DNA from: Mobula hypostoma
Lineage: Eukaryota
Assembly: GCF_963921235.1 (NCBI RefSeq)
Contig: NC_086108.1
Location: 44,208,001 to 44,272,000 of the forward strand
Length of the DNA: 64,000 nucleotides
Reading direction: 5' to 3'
The translations under genes and the position numbers were made by a program. The notes under the pieces are model-generated. The model was not told where the DNA came from and searched no databases. It was given only the letters and a program-made list of their open reading frames with translations. Position 1 is the stretch's first letter, and each line of letters begins with the position of its first letter. Shown here one piece after another: positions 35,823-49,040 of the stretch.

Positions 35823-38109
35823 GAGAAAGAGAAAAATAAGGGATGGGGTACGAAGGGGAGGAGAGGCATTAATGGAAGTTAGAGAAGTCAAGTGTTCATG
35901 CCATCAGGTTGGAGGCTACCCAGACGGAATATAAAGTGTTGTTCCTCCAACCTGAGTATGGCTTCATCTTGACAGTAGAGGAGGCCGTGGATAGACATAT
36001 CAGAATGGGAATGGGACAAGGAATTAAAATGTGAGGCCACTGGGAGATCCTGCTTTCTCTGGTGGACAGAGCGTAGGTGTTCAGTGAAACGGTCTCCCAG
36101 TCTGCGTCGGGTCTTGCCAATGTATAGAAGGCCACATCGGGAGCAGCGGATGCAGTATATCACCCCAGCTGGCTCACAGGTGAAGTGTCGCCTCACCTGG
36201 AAGGACTGTCTGGGGCCCTGAATGGTGAAGGGAGGAAGTGCAAGGGCAGGTGTAGCACTTGTTCCACTTACAAGGATAAGTGCCGGGAGGGAGATCGGTG
36301 GGAAGGGATAGACAAGGAATAGACAAGGGAGTCGAGTAGGGAGCGATCCCTGTGGAAAGCAGGGGGGGAGGGAGGGAAAGATGTGCTTGGTGGTGGGATC
36401 CCGTTGGAGGTGGCGGAAGTTACGGAGAATTATATGTTGGACTCGGAGGCTGGTGGGGTGGTAGGTGAGGACAAGGGGACCCCTATTCCTAGTGGGGTGA
36501 CGGGAGGATGGGGTGAGAGCATATGTGCGTGAAATGGGAGAGATGCGTTTGACGGCAGAGTTGATGGTGGAGGAAGGGAAGCCCCTTTCTTTAAAAAAGG
36601 AAGACATCTCCTTCGTCCTGGAATGAAAAGCCTCATCCCGAGAGCAGATGCGGTGGAGACGGAGGAATTGTGAGAAGGGAATGGCATTTTTGCAAGAGAC
36701 ACGGTGGGAAGAGGAATAGTCCAGGTAGCTATGAGAGTCCATAGATTTATCGTAGACATCAATAGATAAACTGTCTCCAGAGATAGAAACAGAAAGATCT
36801 AGAAAGGGGAGGGAGGTGTCGGAAATGGACCAGGTAAACTTGAAGGCAGGGTGAAAGTTGGAGGCAAAGTTAATGAAGTCAATGAGCTCAGCATGCATGC
36901 AGGAAGCAGCGCCAATGCAGTCGTCGATGTAGCGAAGGAAAAGTGGGGGACAGATACCAGAATAGGCTTGGAACATGGATTGTTCCACAAAGCCAATAAA
37001 AAGGCAGGCATAGCTCGGACCCATGCGGGTGCCCATAGCTACACCTTTAGTTTGGAGGAAGTGGGAGGAGCCAAAGGAGAAATTATTAAGAGTAGATACT
37101 GCATCTCAAGAGAAGGAGTTTGTAGAATGCCTACAATATGGCTACTTCGGGCTTTTTGTGGCCGAGCCCATTAAGGAAAAGGCAACTTTGGACTTGGTGT
37201 TGTGCAATGAACCAGATTTTATTAAGGAGTTTAAGTAAAGGAATCTTTAGGAGACAGTGATATTAATATGCTAAAATTCACCCTGCATTTTGAGAGGTAG
37301 AAGCTAAAATCATATATACATATATATCTCTACCTCCACCATTATCTCTATATACCGTATCACTATATACCGTATCACTATATAAATAAAATCAGTATTA
37401 CAGTTGAGTAAAGGTAATAGCCAAAGTTGATAGATAGGAAGGGGAGACTAGCAGCGATGATGGTAGAGCAAAAATGACAGGAGTTTCTGGGAGTATTGCA
37501 AAAATTAGCAGGAAGCTAAAGGATTGGGAAGCTTTTAAAACCAATGGAAACAAACAAAGAAAACAATAATTGGAGAAAGGATGAAGTATGAAGAATGAAG
37601 ATAAGCAGACCAATAATATAAAAGTCTTTCCCCAGATATATATAAAGAGTAAAAGAGGCAAGAGTTGACATAAAATTATGGGAAAGTGACACTGGAGAAG
37701 TAGTAATGAAGTGCAAAGTACTGTAACAGCAGATGAACTGAAGTAGTATTTGGCATCAGTCTTCATTATGGAAAACACAAGCAACATGCTAAAAATTAGA
37801 GAGAGTTAAAGAGGCAGAAGTGAGTGTAGTCACTATTACTAAAGGAGAAGGTATTTGGGAAGCTGAAAGATTTGAATATAGATGAGTCACCTGGACCAAA
37901 TAGACTACACCTCATGGTTCTGAAAAAAGTAACTGAAGAGATTTTAGAGGTATTAGTTGTGATCTTTCAAGAATCACTAGATTCTGGAATGGTTCCAGAA
38001 CACTGGAAAATTGCAAATGGCATTCCACACTTAAATGAAGAGAGGAAACCAAAAGACAAGAAATTACAGTCCAATTAGCCTGATTTCAGTGGATGGTGGG
38101 GTTTTAGAG

Positions 38110-41100
38110 TCAACTGGGACAGTAGAGATGACAGACAAGATAGTGCAATGCTCCTCTTGCAGGATGTGGGAAGGCAGGGAGACCTCCAGAAACTGCGGGA
38201 AGTGCATCCACCTGCAGATTCTAACAAATCGCATTAAGGAGTTGGAGCTGCAACTGGATGAACTCCAGATCATTTGGGAGGCTGAAGGGGTAATAGGACA
38301 TATAGAGAGGTGATTACACCCAAGGTACAGGACACAGGAAACTGGATGACAGTCAGGAAGGGGAAAGGGGAAAGGGCCAGTGCAGAGTACCCCTGTGGCC
38401 CTCCCCCTCAATGACAGGTATATCACTTTGAATACTGTAGGGGTGTACAAACTAACAGAGGAAAGTCGCAGTGGTTGGGTCTCGGGCACTAAGTCTATCT
38501 CTGTGACTCAGACAGGAAGGGGGAAGAAGAGGCGCACTGTGATGATAGGGGATGATAGGGGATTTGTTAGTTAGGGGAACAGAGAGGAGGCTCTGTGGGT
38601 GAGAACAAGATTCCCAGCTGGTATGTTGCCTCCCCAGTGCCAGGGTCTGGGATATCTCAGATAGAGTCCTCAGCATTCTTAAGTGACAGGTGAACAGCCA
38701 GATGCTGTGGTCTATGTAGGTACCAATGACATGGGTAGGATAAGTGACAAGGTTCTACATAGGGAACTCAGAGAGTTAGATGCTAAGTTAAAGGGCAGGA
38801 CCTCCAGGGTTGTGATCTCAGGATTGCTATCCATGCCATGTGCTAATGAAGCCAGAACGAGAAGATTATACAGTTTAATACATGGATAAGGATTTGAGGG
38901 AGGACATAAGATTTTTGGATCATTGGGCTTTCTTCCAGAGAAGGTGGAACCTGTACAGAAGGGACGGATTGCGCCTGAACTGGAGGGGGACTAATATCCT
39001 CGCGGGAAGGTTTGTTAATGCTGCACTGTAGAGTTTAAACTGGAGTTGCAGGGGGATAGGAACCAGAGTGGCAGAACAGTTAGTGGAGAAGTTGTGGTGG
39101 CAGATGTTGGTAAGACCTCAGACAAAGTTAGGAATCAAAAGGTTGAGCATGGTGCGACAAAATCAAAAAGGGTGAATACAGGACTGAAAGTGTTGTACCT
39201 GAATGTGCACAGTATATGGAATAAGGTAGATGAACTTGCAGCACAGTTGCGGATTGACAGGTTTGATGTTGAAGGCATCACTGAGTCATGGTTGAAAGAT
39301 TATAGCTGGGAGCTTAATGTCCAAGGATATACATTGTATCGAAAGGATCAGCAGAAAGGCAGGGGATGGCGTTACTCTGTCCGTAAAAAATAAAATCAAA
39401 TTATTAGTAAGTGGTGACATAGGGTCGGAAGATGTTGAATCATTGTGGGTAGAGCTAAGGAGTTGCATACAAACAGTAGTAAGGATGTGGCCTACAAATT
39501 ACAATGGGAGATAGAAAAGAGCAATGTTACAATAGTCATGGGGCACTTCAATATGCAGAAAGATTGGGAAAATTGGGGGTGCTGGATTACAGGATGGGGA
39601 CTTTCTAGAGTGCCTAAGAGATGGCTTTTTAGAGCAGCTCATGGTTGAGCCCACTTGAGGATCAGCTATTCTGGAACGGGTGTTGTGCAATGAACCAGAA
39701 TTGATCAGAGAGCTCAAGGTAAAAAAACCCTTGGAGCAAGTGACTGAACTCACTATGAAATTTGAGAAACAGCAGCTAAAGTCAGACGTATCAGTATTAC
39801 TGTGGAGTAAACAGAATTACAGAGGCATGAGAGAGGAGTTGGCCAGAATTGATTGGGAAAGAACACTGGCAGGGAAAATGACAGAGCAGCAATGGTTGGA
39901 ATTTCTGGAAGCAATTCAGAATGCACAGGATATATACTTCCCTAAGAGGAAGAAGTATTCTAAAGGAAAGATGACACAACCGTGGCTAACAAGATAAGTC
40001 AAAGCCAACATAAAAGCCAAAGAGAGGGCATATAATAGAGCAAAACTTAGTGCAAAGTTAGAGGAACAAGAAAATTTAAAACTCAACATAAGGCAACTAT
40101 AAAGGTCATTAAGGTGAAGATGGAATATGAAAGTAAGCTAGCCAATAATATTTAAGAGAACACCAAAAGTTTCTTCAGATAGATAAAGTGTAAAAGAGAG
40201 GCACGTGGATATCAGACCGCTAGAAAACAATGCTGGAGAAATAGTAATGTGGGACAATGAAATGGCGAATGAACTGAGTACAGTAATTATTTTGCATCAA
40301 TCTTCACTGTGGAATACACAAGTAGTATGGTGGAAATTCCAGGTGTCAGGGGCATGAAATGTGTGAAGTTACCATAACTAAAGAGAAGATTCTTGGGAAA
40401 CTGAAAGGTCTGAATAAGTCACCTGGACCAGATGATGTACTCCCCAGGGTTCTGAAAGAGGGGGCTGAAGAGATCATGGAGGCATTAGTAATGATCTTTC
40501 AAGAATCACTTGATTCTGGAATGGTTCCAGAAGACTAGAAAATTTCAAATGTCACTCCATTCTTCAAGAAGAGACAGATGCAGAAGAAAGGAAACTATAG
40601 GCCAGTTAGTTTGACCTCAGTGGTTGGGAAGATGTTGGGAGTTGATTATTAAGGACAAGGTCTCAGGATACTTGAAGGCACATGATAAAATAAGCCATAG
40701 TCAGCATAGTTTCCTCAAGGGAAAATCTTGCCAAATAAATCTGTTGGAATTCTTTGAAGAATTAACAAGCAGGATAGACAAAGGAGAATCAGTTGATGTT
40801 GTGCACTTGGATTTTCAGAAGATGAAGCTGCTTAACAAGCTATGAGCCCATGGTATTACAGGAAAAATACTAGCATGGAGAAAGCAGTGGCTGATTGGCA
40901 GGAGGCAAAGAGTGGGAATGAAGGGAGCCTTTTCTGGTTGGCTGCTGGTGACAAGCAGTGTTCCACAGGGGTCTGGGTTGGGTCCAATTCTTTTTACGTT
41001 ATATGTCAACGATTTGGATAATAGAATTGATGGCTTCATTGGAAAGTTTGCAGACAATATGAAGATAGGTGGAGGGGCAGGTAGTTTTGAGGAAGAGAGG

Positions 41101-41965
41101 CTACAAAAGGATTCAGACAGATTAGGAGAATGGGTAAAGAAGTGGCAGACAGAATACAGTGTTGGAAAGCATATGGTCATGCACTCTGGCAGAAGAAAGG
41201 GTGGACTATTTTCAAAATGGAGAGAAAATACAAAAAACTGATGCACAAAGGGACTTGAGAGTCCTCATACAGGATTCTCTGAAGGTTAATTTACAGGTTG
41301 AGTCTGTGATGAGGAAGGCAAATGCAATGTTAGCATTCATTTCAAGAGGATTAGAATATAAAAACAAGGACGAAATGTAACTTTATAAAGCACTGGTGAA
41401 GCCTCACTTGGAGTATTGTGAGCAGTTTTGGGGTCCTTATCTTAGAAAGGATGTGCTGAAATTAAAGAGGGTTCAAAGAAGGCTCACAAAAAATGATTCC
41501 AGGATTGAATGGCTTGTCATATGAAGAATGTTCGATAGCTCTGGGCCTGTATTCACTGGAATTCAGAAGAATGAGGGGTGACCTCATTGAAACCTATTGA
41601 ATGGTGAAAGGTCTTGATAAAGTGGATATGGAGAGGATATTTCCTATGATGGACGAGTCTATGACCAGAGGATACAGCCTCAGAACAGAGGGCTGTCCTT
41701 TAAGAATGGAGATGAGGAACCTCTTTAGCCAGAGAGTACTGTAGCAAATCTGCGGAATTGCCACAGGCAGCTGTGGGGGCCAAGTCTTGACGTATGTTTA
41801 AAGCAGAGGTTGATAGATTCTTGATTGGTCAGAGCATGAGGGATACAGGGAGAAGGCAGGAGATTGGGGCTGAGAGAAAAATTGGATCAGCCATGATGAA
41901 ATGGTGGAGCAGACACACTGGGCCAAGTGACTTAATTCTGCTCCTATGTCTTATGATCTTATGAC
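38110..41965 (+). mobile_element. Near full-length degenerate CR1 (ORF1 with Cys-rich N-terminus and SGNH esterase; ORF2 APE-RT)
   Basis: MTDKIVQCSSCRMWE...CGKC; VVYVGTNDM; LKVLYLNVHS; GITESWL; SSVPQGSGLGP; KFADNMK; tail tcttatgatcttatg. Confidence 0.9.
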
Positions 41966-42587
41966 TATTAAGACCATAAGACATAGGTGCAGAATTAGGA
42001 CTATCACATCTCCTTCACCATTTGATCACGGCTGAGTTGCTTTCCCTCTCAACTCCTTTCTCCAGCCTTCTTCTCTTAACCTTTGATGCCCTTAATAAAA
42101 AGGAGATTATCAGATTCCACTATAAATGCACTCAGTGACATGGCCTCCATAACTATCAATGAATTGTGGCAATGAATTCCATAGCTTCATCACAAAGAGT
42201 AAATTGTTCCTCCTCATCTCTGTTCAAAAGGGGCATCGTTCAGTTCTGAGGCTGCGTCCTGTGGTTCTGGCCTTTCCCCTGTTGAAAATATGCTCCCATG
42301 ACCACTCTATAGAGGTCTTTCAATATTTGGTAGGTGTCAATGAGATATCCCCTCATTCTTCTAAACTCCAATGACTACATGTAAGGAGTTACCAAACGCT
42401 CCTTTCATTCCCAGTGTAATTCTCGTGAACCTCCTCTTGTCCTTCTCCAATCCAAACACATCTTTTCTAAGATAAGGAGCCCAAAACTGCCCACAATACT
42501 CCAAATGCCTTATAAAGACTCACCATTATATGCTTGTTTTTATACTTTATTTTTCTCCAAATGAATGCTAACATTGGATTTGCCTTC

Positions 42588-42677
42588 AAGCAACGCACAT
42601 CAAAATTGCTGGTGAACACAGCAGGCCAGGCAGCATCTCTAGGAAGAGGTACAGTCGATGTTTCGAGCTGAGACCCT
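42588..42677 (-). mobile_element. About 90-bp PLE tail insertion in a CR1
   Basis: PLE tail sequence interrupts the CR1; imperfect duplication tttgccttc / tttaccttt. Confidence 0.8.
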
Positions 42678-43476
42678 TTACCTTTCTTACTATTGATTAA
42701 ACCTACAAGTTAACCTTTAGAGGATCCATCACTGGGACACCTAAAGTATCTTTGCACTCTGAAGTCGCTCCCCAATTAGAAAATCATCTATGCCTTTATT
42801 TCTTCTGCCAAAGTGCATGACGATACAATTCCCCATGCTGTATTCTATCTGCTACTTCTTTATCTATTCTCCTAATCTATGCAAGTCCTTCTGCAAACTC
42901 CCTGCTTCCTCAATACAACCAGACCCGCCATATAGCTTTGGCCACAAAATCATCAATTCTGTTATCTAGATCATTAACATATAATGTGGAAAGTAGCAGA
43001 CTTAACACTGACCCCTGTGGAACACCAACAGTAACCGACAGAGAAGGATCCTATTTTGACCTCGCTCAAAAGTGTCCCCATTTTCTTAAGCTAGACAGAT
43101 AGGTAAACTTCTGTCCTAGTGTAGTTATAGTTTGAAGGTGGTTTTGTTATTTGCCAATGTGTTACGATATGCAAGGAGCCGATGTAAACAGACAGATCTT
43201 CTCTGCATTCTTGCAAATGGTAGATTCAAATATTGATTGAAGTTCCTTCTAACTAATAATGAAATGTACAAATGATATAAAATGGCCGACCTGATGACAA
43301 AAGCTAATTGCTTAACAATGCAATAATGAACAATCACAACAGCTGTGAGCACAAGTAAGCAGTGAGACCAAGTAATTACAAATAAAATAACAATCCAAAT
43401 CAGGTAAGATATAACACTCCCCACCTGGTACCTGTAAACTGAACTCATGACTTTCACAAAAAAAAACATTAAACAT

Positions 43477-45458
43477 TCATTCATTCAGGTGCCTTGCCAT
43501 TCGGCGTTGGTGATTATGTCTCTCCATCCATCACGGTCCCTGACCCTCCCAATTGTAGTTGTTGCCTCCCCTGTTTCTAACCATGATGTTATTCTACCTT
43601 TCATTTTCATTCTCTGTCTGCCTCTGCTTCTTTTTCCTTTCAGTTTTCCAGTTGTAACTAAATGTTCTAATGTCTCTCTTCGCATGATGTGTCCAAAGAA
43701 TTTTGATTGCTGTTTTCTGATTTTTTTTTTAAGTAATGTACGTTTTGTTTTCGTTCTCTATAGAACTTCTTTGTTGGTTATCCTGTCCGTATATGATATG
43801 TATAGCATTCTTCTGAGGAACCACATCTGTGCTGCACTCATTCTTTTCTCCACTGTATTTGAGTCGCAGCCATACATCAACATAGGAAGAATGTAGCAGC
43901 TGAGAGCTCTAAGGCAGATGTCAATTGCTATTTTCTTGTTCGTTAGGATGTTTCTCATTTCTATAAATGCTGTTCTTGCCATTGCTATTCTTGCTTTTAT
44001 GGCCGTTTCGCATTTGCCATCAGACGTTAACCATGATCCAAGGTACTTGAAGTTGTGAACTTGTTTCAGGATTTCATTTCCCAATACGATCCTACAGTTT
44101 GGGATATCAGGTTTCTTTGAAATTACCATTACTTCAGTTTTCTTTTTGTTAAAGGTTAGGCCAAGTCTTTCACTCTCTGTTTTGATGGTAGATACTAGTT
44201 TCTGTAAACTTACTTCGCTGTTTGCTATCAGTACTGTATCATCCACATAGCGGAGGTTGTTGATATTGTATCCTCCTATACTTATTCCAGGTAGGTCTTG
44301 TATGGTTCTCATGATGTTTTCACTGTACAGGGAGAACAGGTCTGGTGATAGAACACAACCCTGTCTGACTCCTCGCTTTATTGGCTCATATTCACCAATC
44401 TCGTTGTCTATCCGTACGGCTGCACTTCGTTGCCAGTAGAGATTCCTGATTATTCTTAGACCTTTTCCGTCGATATCAATATCTTTAAGCATTTTCTTTT
44501 TTTTTTTAATTTTATTTTTATTTGGATAAGGAATTCACAATTATCATGTACTTTTTTCACACATATAACCTTTTCCATTTTTTTATATGTATAAAATTAC
44601 AATTATTTATACATTCTTAAGTACACATTGAGATGATACAAAAGGAAAATAAACATTTAAATAGATAATTATGTACTGTGGTAAATCTAACCTATTAGGC
44701 TAAGTAATGAAATTAGTTGTTAAGAAAAATGGTAATAATAGTTTCCATACAACCCTTCTGGACCATTTCCACTGGTCCAATCTTTAAGCATTTTCATGAT
44801 GACTTCGTGTTTCACTGTGTCAAAGGCTTTGTGCAGTCAATGAAACAGAAGTATGGGTCTTGTTGTACTTCTATTGACCTTTCGATAATATTCCTGAGAA
44901 TATAAGTGGCGTTTGATGTTCCCTTGCCTTCGACAAAACTGCACCGTTCTTCATTGATCTCTGGTTTAATTGTGTTTCTTATTCTGAGCATGATGATTCT
45001 AAGTAGGATTTTTGTGAGGTGGTTCATTAAACTAATTGTTCTGTGTTGTCCACACTCTGTTGCACCTGGTTTCTTTGGCAGTGCAATGAATACGGTCTTT
45101 AAAAGATCTTCTGGTACTTTGCCACTGATGTATATTCTATTCAATAAGATTGTTAATTTCTCTACACCAAAATCTTCTTGCGCTTCATACATTTCAACCA
45201 GAATATTATCGGGTCCTGATGATTTCCCCTTTTGCATTTTCTTCATAGCATGTTCCACTTCTTCTTTCAGTATTGCTGGGCCCTCATTCTTGTTGCCAAT
45301 ATCGAAGTTGTCCTCTCGGTCTTTGTCATCGTATAGGTCTTTGATGTTTTCTGACCAACTTTGCATTACTTTTCCTTTTTCCATATTTGTAGAGCCGTCT
45401 TTTGCTTTTATACATCCTGTTATTGTCCCGCTTTTCTTCCTATTTGTGACCTCTTATT
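43477..45458 (-). mobile_element. RTE-clade LINE, 5'-truncated
   Basis: KSSGPDNI, ALPKKPGATECGQHRTISLM, GVRQGCVLSPDLF, NNLRYVDDTVL, FKYLGS; (tgaa)n tail; TSD attaaacat/attaaagat. Confidence 0.9.
44497..44779 (-). mobile_element. Poly(A)-tailed retroposed insert (L1 3'UTR or mRNA 3'UTR fragment) with 16-bp TSD
   Basis: TSD atctttaagcattttc at 44481-44496 and 44780-44795; AATAAA followed by poly(A) on the minus strand. Confidence 0.85.
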
Positions 45459-48286
45459 ATTAAAGATATTAGAGTGAATTCTCCTGATCAATAGCACAGT
45501 CATATACTAAATAGTAATGAGACCATCAGCTGGATTTAAAATACAGGAGTATTTTACAGGAGTCAAATTCTGTCCTTCAAGAGGGATCACCACCTAAATT
45601 TCAAAATAAGCCAATTAGATCATATCAAAAATAATTAACAGAGAATCCAAAACAAATCTCCAATCTGCACAAAACTTAAAATATTGTCTTTGTTTTAACA
45701 GATTTGTAACTAGAGTTCACATTTCAATCGTTTTCCCAGTCTGTTTTTCCATTGATACTATTCATTTCCTTCCGTAGTATTTCGGTACATTTCCTGAGCA
45801 TGCCTGTAAGCTGCTTGCTTGCTTGTTCACAGTTGTTTGGGAGGCTTTGTCAGAGGCTACAGATGAGTAGCAGTGCTGTCTCGATGGAATCAGTCATCCA
45901 TCACCCTCAGGAAAGTAAGGTCATCCATTGAAGGAGCTGGCTTGTAGTCATCCTTTGTATGGACAAAGACAGATTTCACCCACGCTTGCTGTGTTGTTCT
46001 TTGTTGTGAGGTCAAGGCAGGAGAGACGCGAGGCTGATAGGACTGGCCAGAACTCTTCTTGACATGGATGCTGCTAAGACAGGAGGTCATGACACTGAGG
46101 TGCCCATTTTGTAGAATGCTAGTTCTGAAGACACTCACAGGTGAAGGTTTGTGTGCACTCCCTAGGCAGACATCTCCTATTATGACCCACCCACTCAAGG
46201 GCTGACCTCTGCGCTGAAGGAGCGCTTGGAGGCCCACTACGGGGCTCGAGTAGTTTGTGTACCTGCATGATGTCTCTCCCTAGCAGGGGCAGGATCTCAG
46301 CCTTTGGGTTGAGTGACGGCATCTTGTCTGGCTAGGGACATGAGATGAGGGAGGTGAGTTGCTGCTTCTGGAGTGGGGGTTTCCTTCCTGTTGTCTGGAA
46401 GCTGGTCGCACTCAGTGAGCATGGTGTGAGCTAAACGAGCCTTTCCATCAACAGGTTTGATAATAAAGCCTCTTGCTCTTCGCCCAGCTGTCTGTGACAC
46501 ACCTGCACATGTCTTAAACATACAAGGTGAGGTTCCATCGGTTATGTTGAAGACATTGGAAAAAAAAAGATGATTTAGCTAGAAACTTGTTACTTTGATC
46601 ACCCAATATGACGTACATCCTCACCCTCTTCTCACGGTAGTCTTGTGATGAGCCAAATCTTTGAACATGACTTACTGGCAGAGTTTTCCCCCACAGACCT
46701 CAGTACAGGAGGAGGTGGCAGCTGGAAAGGAAGGGGTTCATCTCCCTCCCCACCATTTTGTAAGGGGGTACAGTGTTGTTCTTCACAGACCGGAGAGGTA
46801 GTCCAACATGAAGAGCTGCAATGGCTTGTTGCTGTCGCAGTTGCATTCTGATCACTGGATGACAGCAGCACAGCTCCTTGCCCAGTGACTGGTTGAAGAA
46901 CAGCAGCTGAAACATATGGAGTGTTTTTTTAAGGAAGGCCTTTCGCTCGTCTAGAGCTTCTCCCCAAAGCTTCTACACTCCTGGAGAAGGTGTGGTTTCC
47001 GAAGTAGAGGGCACCTTTTGTCAGGATTTTCTGATGTTTCAGAATCATCCTTTTGGACAGCATTGTCCATCTCAGTTTTGTGCACCATGACAGGGCCTCT
47101 GACAGGTTTCTCTGATTTAAGCGGTGCTGAGCTAGAAGTGGTCATGATAAAGTTGGGGTGGTTCCTCATTCTGGCTTCATCCCAGATGAAACTAGAAAAG
47201 AAGGAAAATGGTGGGAAGCTGACTCCATTTTCCAGTTTGCACCTGGTTCCCTGTGACATCCATTTCTCTTATAGACTAAAGGGGAGTTTCTCCAGGATGG
47301 GACTAACTCCTCATGCAGTGTCAAGGTAAAGCAAGCCAGGTAAGTAGTCTTCGGCTTTGGCCGCTTCCAACTCCAATAGCAGGTCTCCAAGCTCTTGCAG
47401 ATTGGGGCTTCCCGCTAGAAATCTTGGGGAAGGACTCAAGCTTGTTGAAGAGAGCAGTCTCCATTACCTCCATGAATCCGTAGCACTCTTCCAGTCTTTG
47501 CCAGACTAAACTGAGAGCAGCACTGGGTGTTCAATGCGATCTGACTTTAATCTACTTGCTTGCTCAGCAGACTTGGGTCTAAGCCACTTCACCAACAGGT
47601 CGACTTGTTCACTGGGCTTGAGGTTGAGGTCTTCAGTGACATTGGAGAATGCTAGCTTATCATCAGCAGGTCACAACAGGCTAAGAGTCTCGCAAGATCT
47701 GACACATCATGATTAGGTTGGGGCTCATTAGGGGTGTGGTGCACCTTACCAGGAGGCTGAGCAGCATCACCACCGGTGTTATACCGTGCTATGTAGGAGT
47801 CTCGGAGTCTTCTCTTACTACATGGCATCTCTCCATCATATCTGTGGGCAAGTGAGTGGCCGGTCATTAGTCGTTTTGAGATATCTGCCTGTTTGATACA
47901 AGCACAAGTATGTGAGGGATGCAGTCTCCGTTCTGTCCCGTTTGCATTAAAGTTGTCGAGTTGCGGGGTGTTATCCCGTGAAAGGGGAATGCTCCCTTTC
48001 AGTCCTGATTGGCTGGCCTAAGTCTTCAGTGTTTGCTGGTGGGTGGGTATGACCATAAGCCGACTGGTCTTGAACATACCTGGTATTCCTCTCAGCAGAA
48101 TGACAAGGTGAGTTTGATCTAACATCGCCATTGTCAGCTGGCCGCTCTATGCCCCGGCTAAAGCTGCCTGCACCTCTTATTCGTGCTGCAGTGTCTCTAA
48201 TGTGGCTTCCAGGTGGGTTTTCTCTACTGTTATATCAATTTCTCTTTTTGCAAATGACGCCCTGACTAGCGCCACTTCGGCCCTGA

Positions 48287-49040
48287 AGGCTGATTTATAC
48301 TTGTGCGTCAAATGTCTGCCGTAGGTACAACACAGCCGCGAACCCTACGCCGTATCTACGCTGAACCCTACGCCGTAACCTAACGCGCACCTCTCCCAAA
48401 ATGTAACTATGTGTCGCGGCGTCGCAGACCGCAACAACTGTGATTGGTCCGCTTGGTAGCATCGCATTTCCTGCTACGCCGCAATAGCTTCTCATTGGGT
48501 GACTGAAGGGCAGGGAAGGAACTCTGGCTGCAATGCTTTCCATAAAGCTTTACAGACCTCCGAAATTATGGAGGATCCTGTGCTTGACGCCAGTTTGTAG
48601 CTAGCTGCTACAGCCTGTTGACTTCCACCTGAAGCTAAAACTTGAATGGTGATTGCCAGTCTCTGAGTATACTGTGCGTACACTGATGCAAAATAAATGG
48701 TTGGAGACGATAAACCAAATCGTCAAATCTACCTGCCGACATCCGAAAATATTTGAAATGCATTTCCTCATCCATGTCTTTCAGTGGCCAGACAAGCACA
48801 GAAAATTCACCCTCCTTCAGTTTCAGTCACAACTGTTTGAAGTTTGAGTTTCTTCATGTTGCATTTCAACACGAAGAAACTCAACACAGCGACATAGAAA
48901 CCCCACCACCAACTAGCGTTTTGGCGGTGAATTGCAGAGTGAAGCAGACACAGCAACACACAAGTATAAATGCTCACAACAGCGTAGCCCACTTGTGTAG
49001 GCTATGGTGTAAGCTTGTACACACAAGCATAAATCAGCCT
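48287..49040 (-). mobile_element. PIF/Harbinger non-autonomous derivative inserted in BEL gag
   Basis: TIRs aggctgatttatacttgtg / cacaagcataaatcagcct; 3-bp flanks tga/taa; transposase remnant [42 protein letters not shown]; gag frame resumes on the other side. Confidence 0.88.

Larger units (their letters stand above)
35298..37092 (-). mobile_element. Neptune-type PLE, 5'-truncated (RT, GIY-YIG, pLTR)
   Basis: ORF 35888-37036: MGTRMGPSYACLF, LRYIDDCIG, LPFLDL, VIYCIRCSRCGLLYIGKTRRRLGDRF. Confidence 0.92.
29990..38110 (+). mobile_element. Old CR1 in three pieces (about 29990-30602, 35036-35297, 37093-38110) split by younger insertions
   Basis: Collinear remnants of ORF1 esterase, endonuclease (EFVECL...PIKEKATLDLVLCNEP) and pre-RT (DESPGP) across the gaps. 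Confidence 0.65.

Noticed and set aside
35483..35891. ORFs with (RE)n, (LP)n, (GR)n and (SP)n runs
   Set aside because: These are translations of the hexamer microsatellite, not genes.
37310..37390. Short AT-rich insert with a tandem tataccgtatcacta duplication
   Set aside because: Consistent with slippage or repair filler inside a dead CR1; no further structure.
3450..42680. Selective inactivation of hammerheads lying sense to the host gene
   Set aside because: Antisense copies are also mutated, and there are too few copies to show strand asymmetry.
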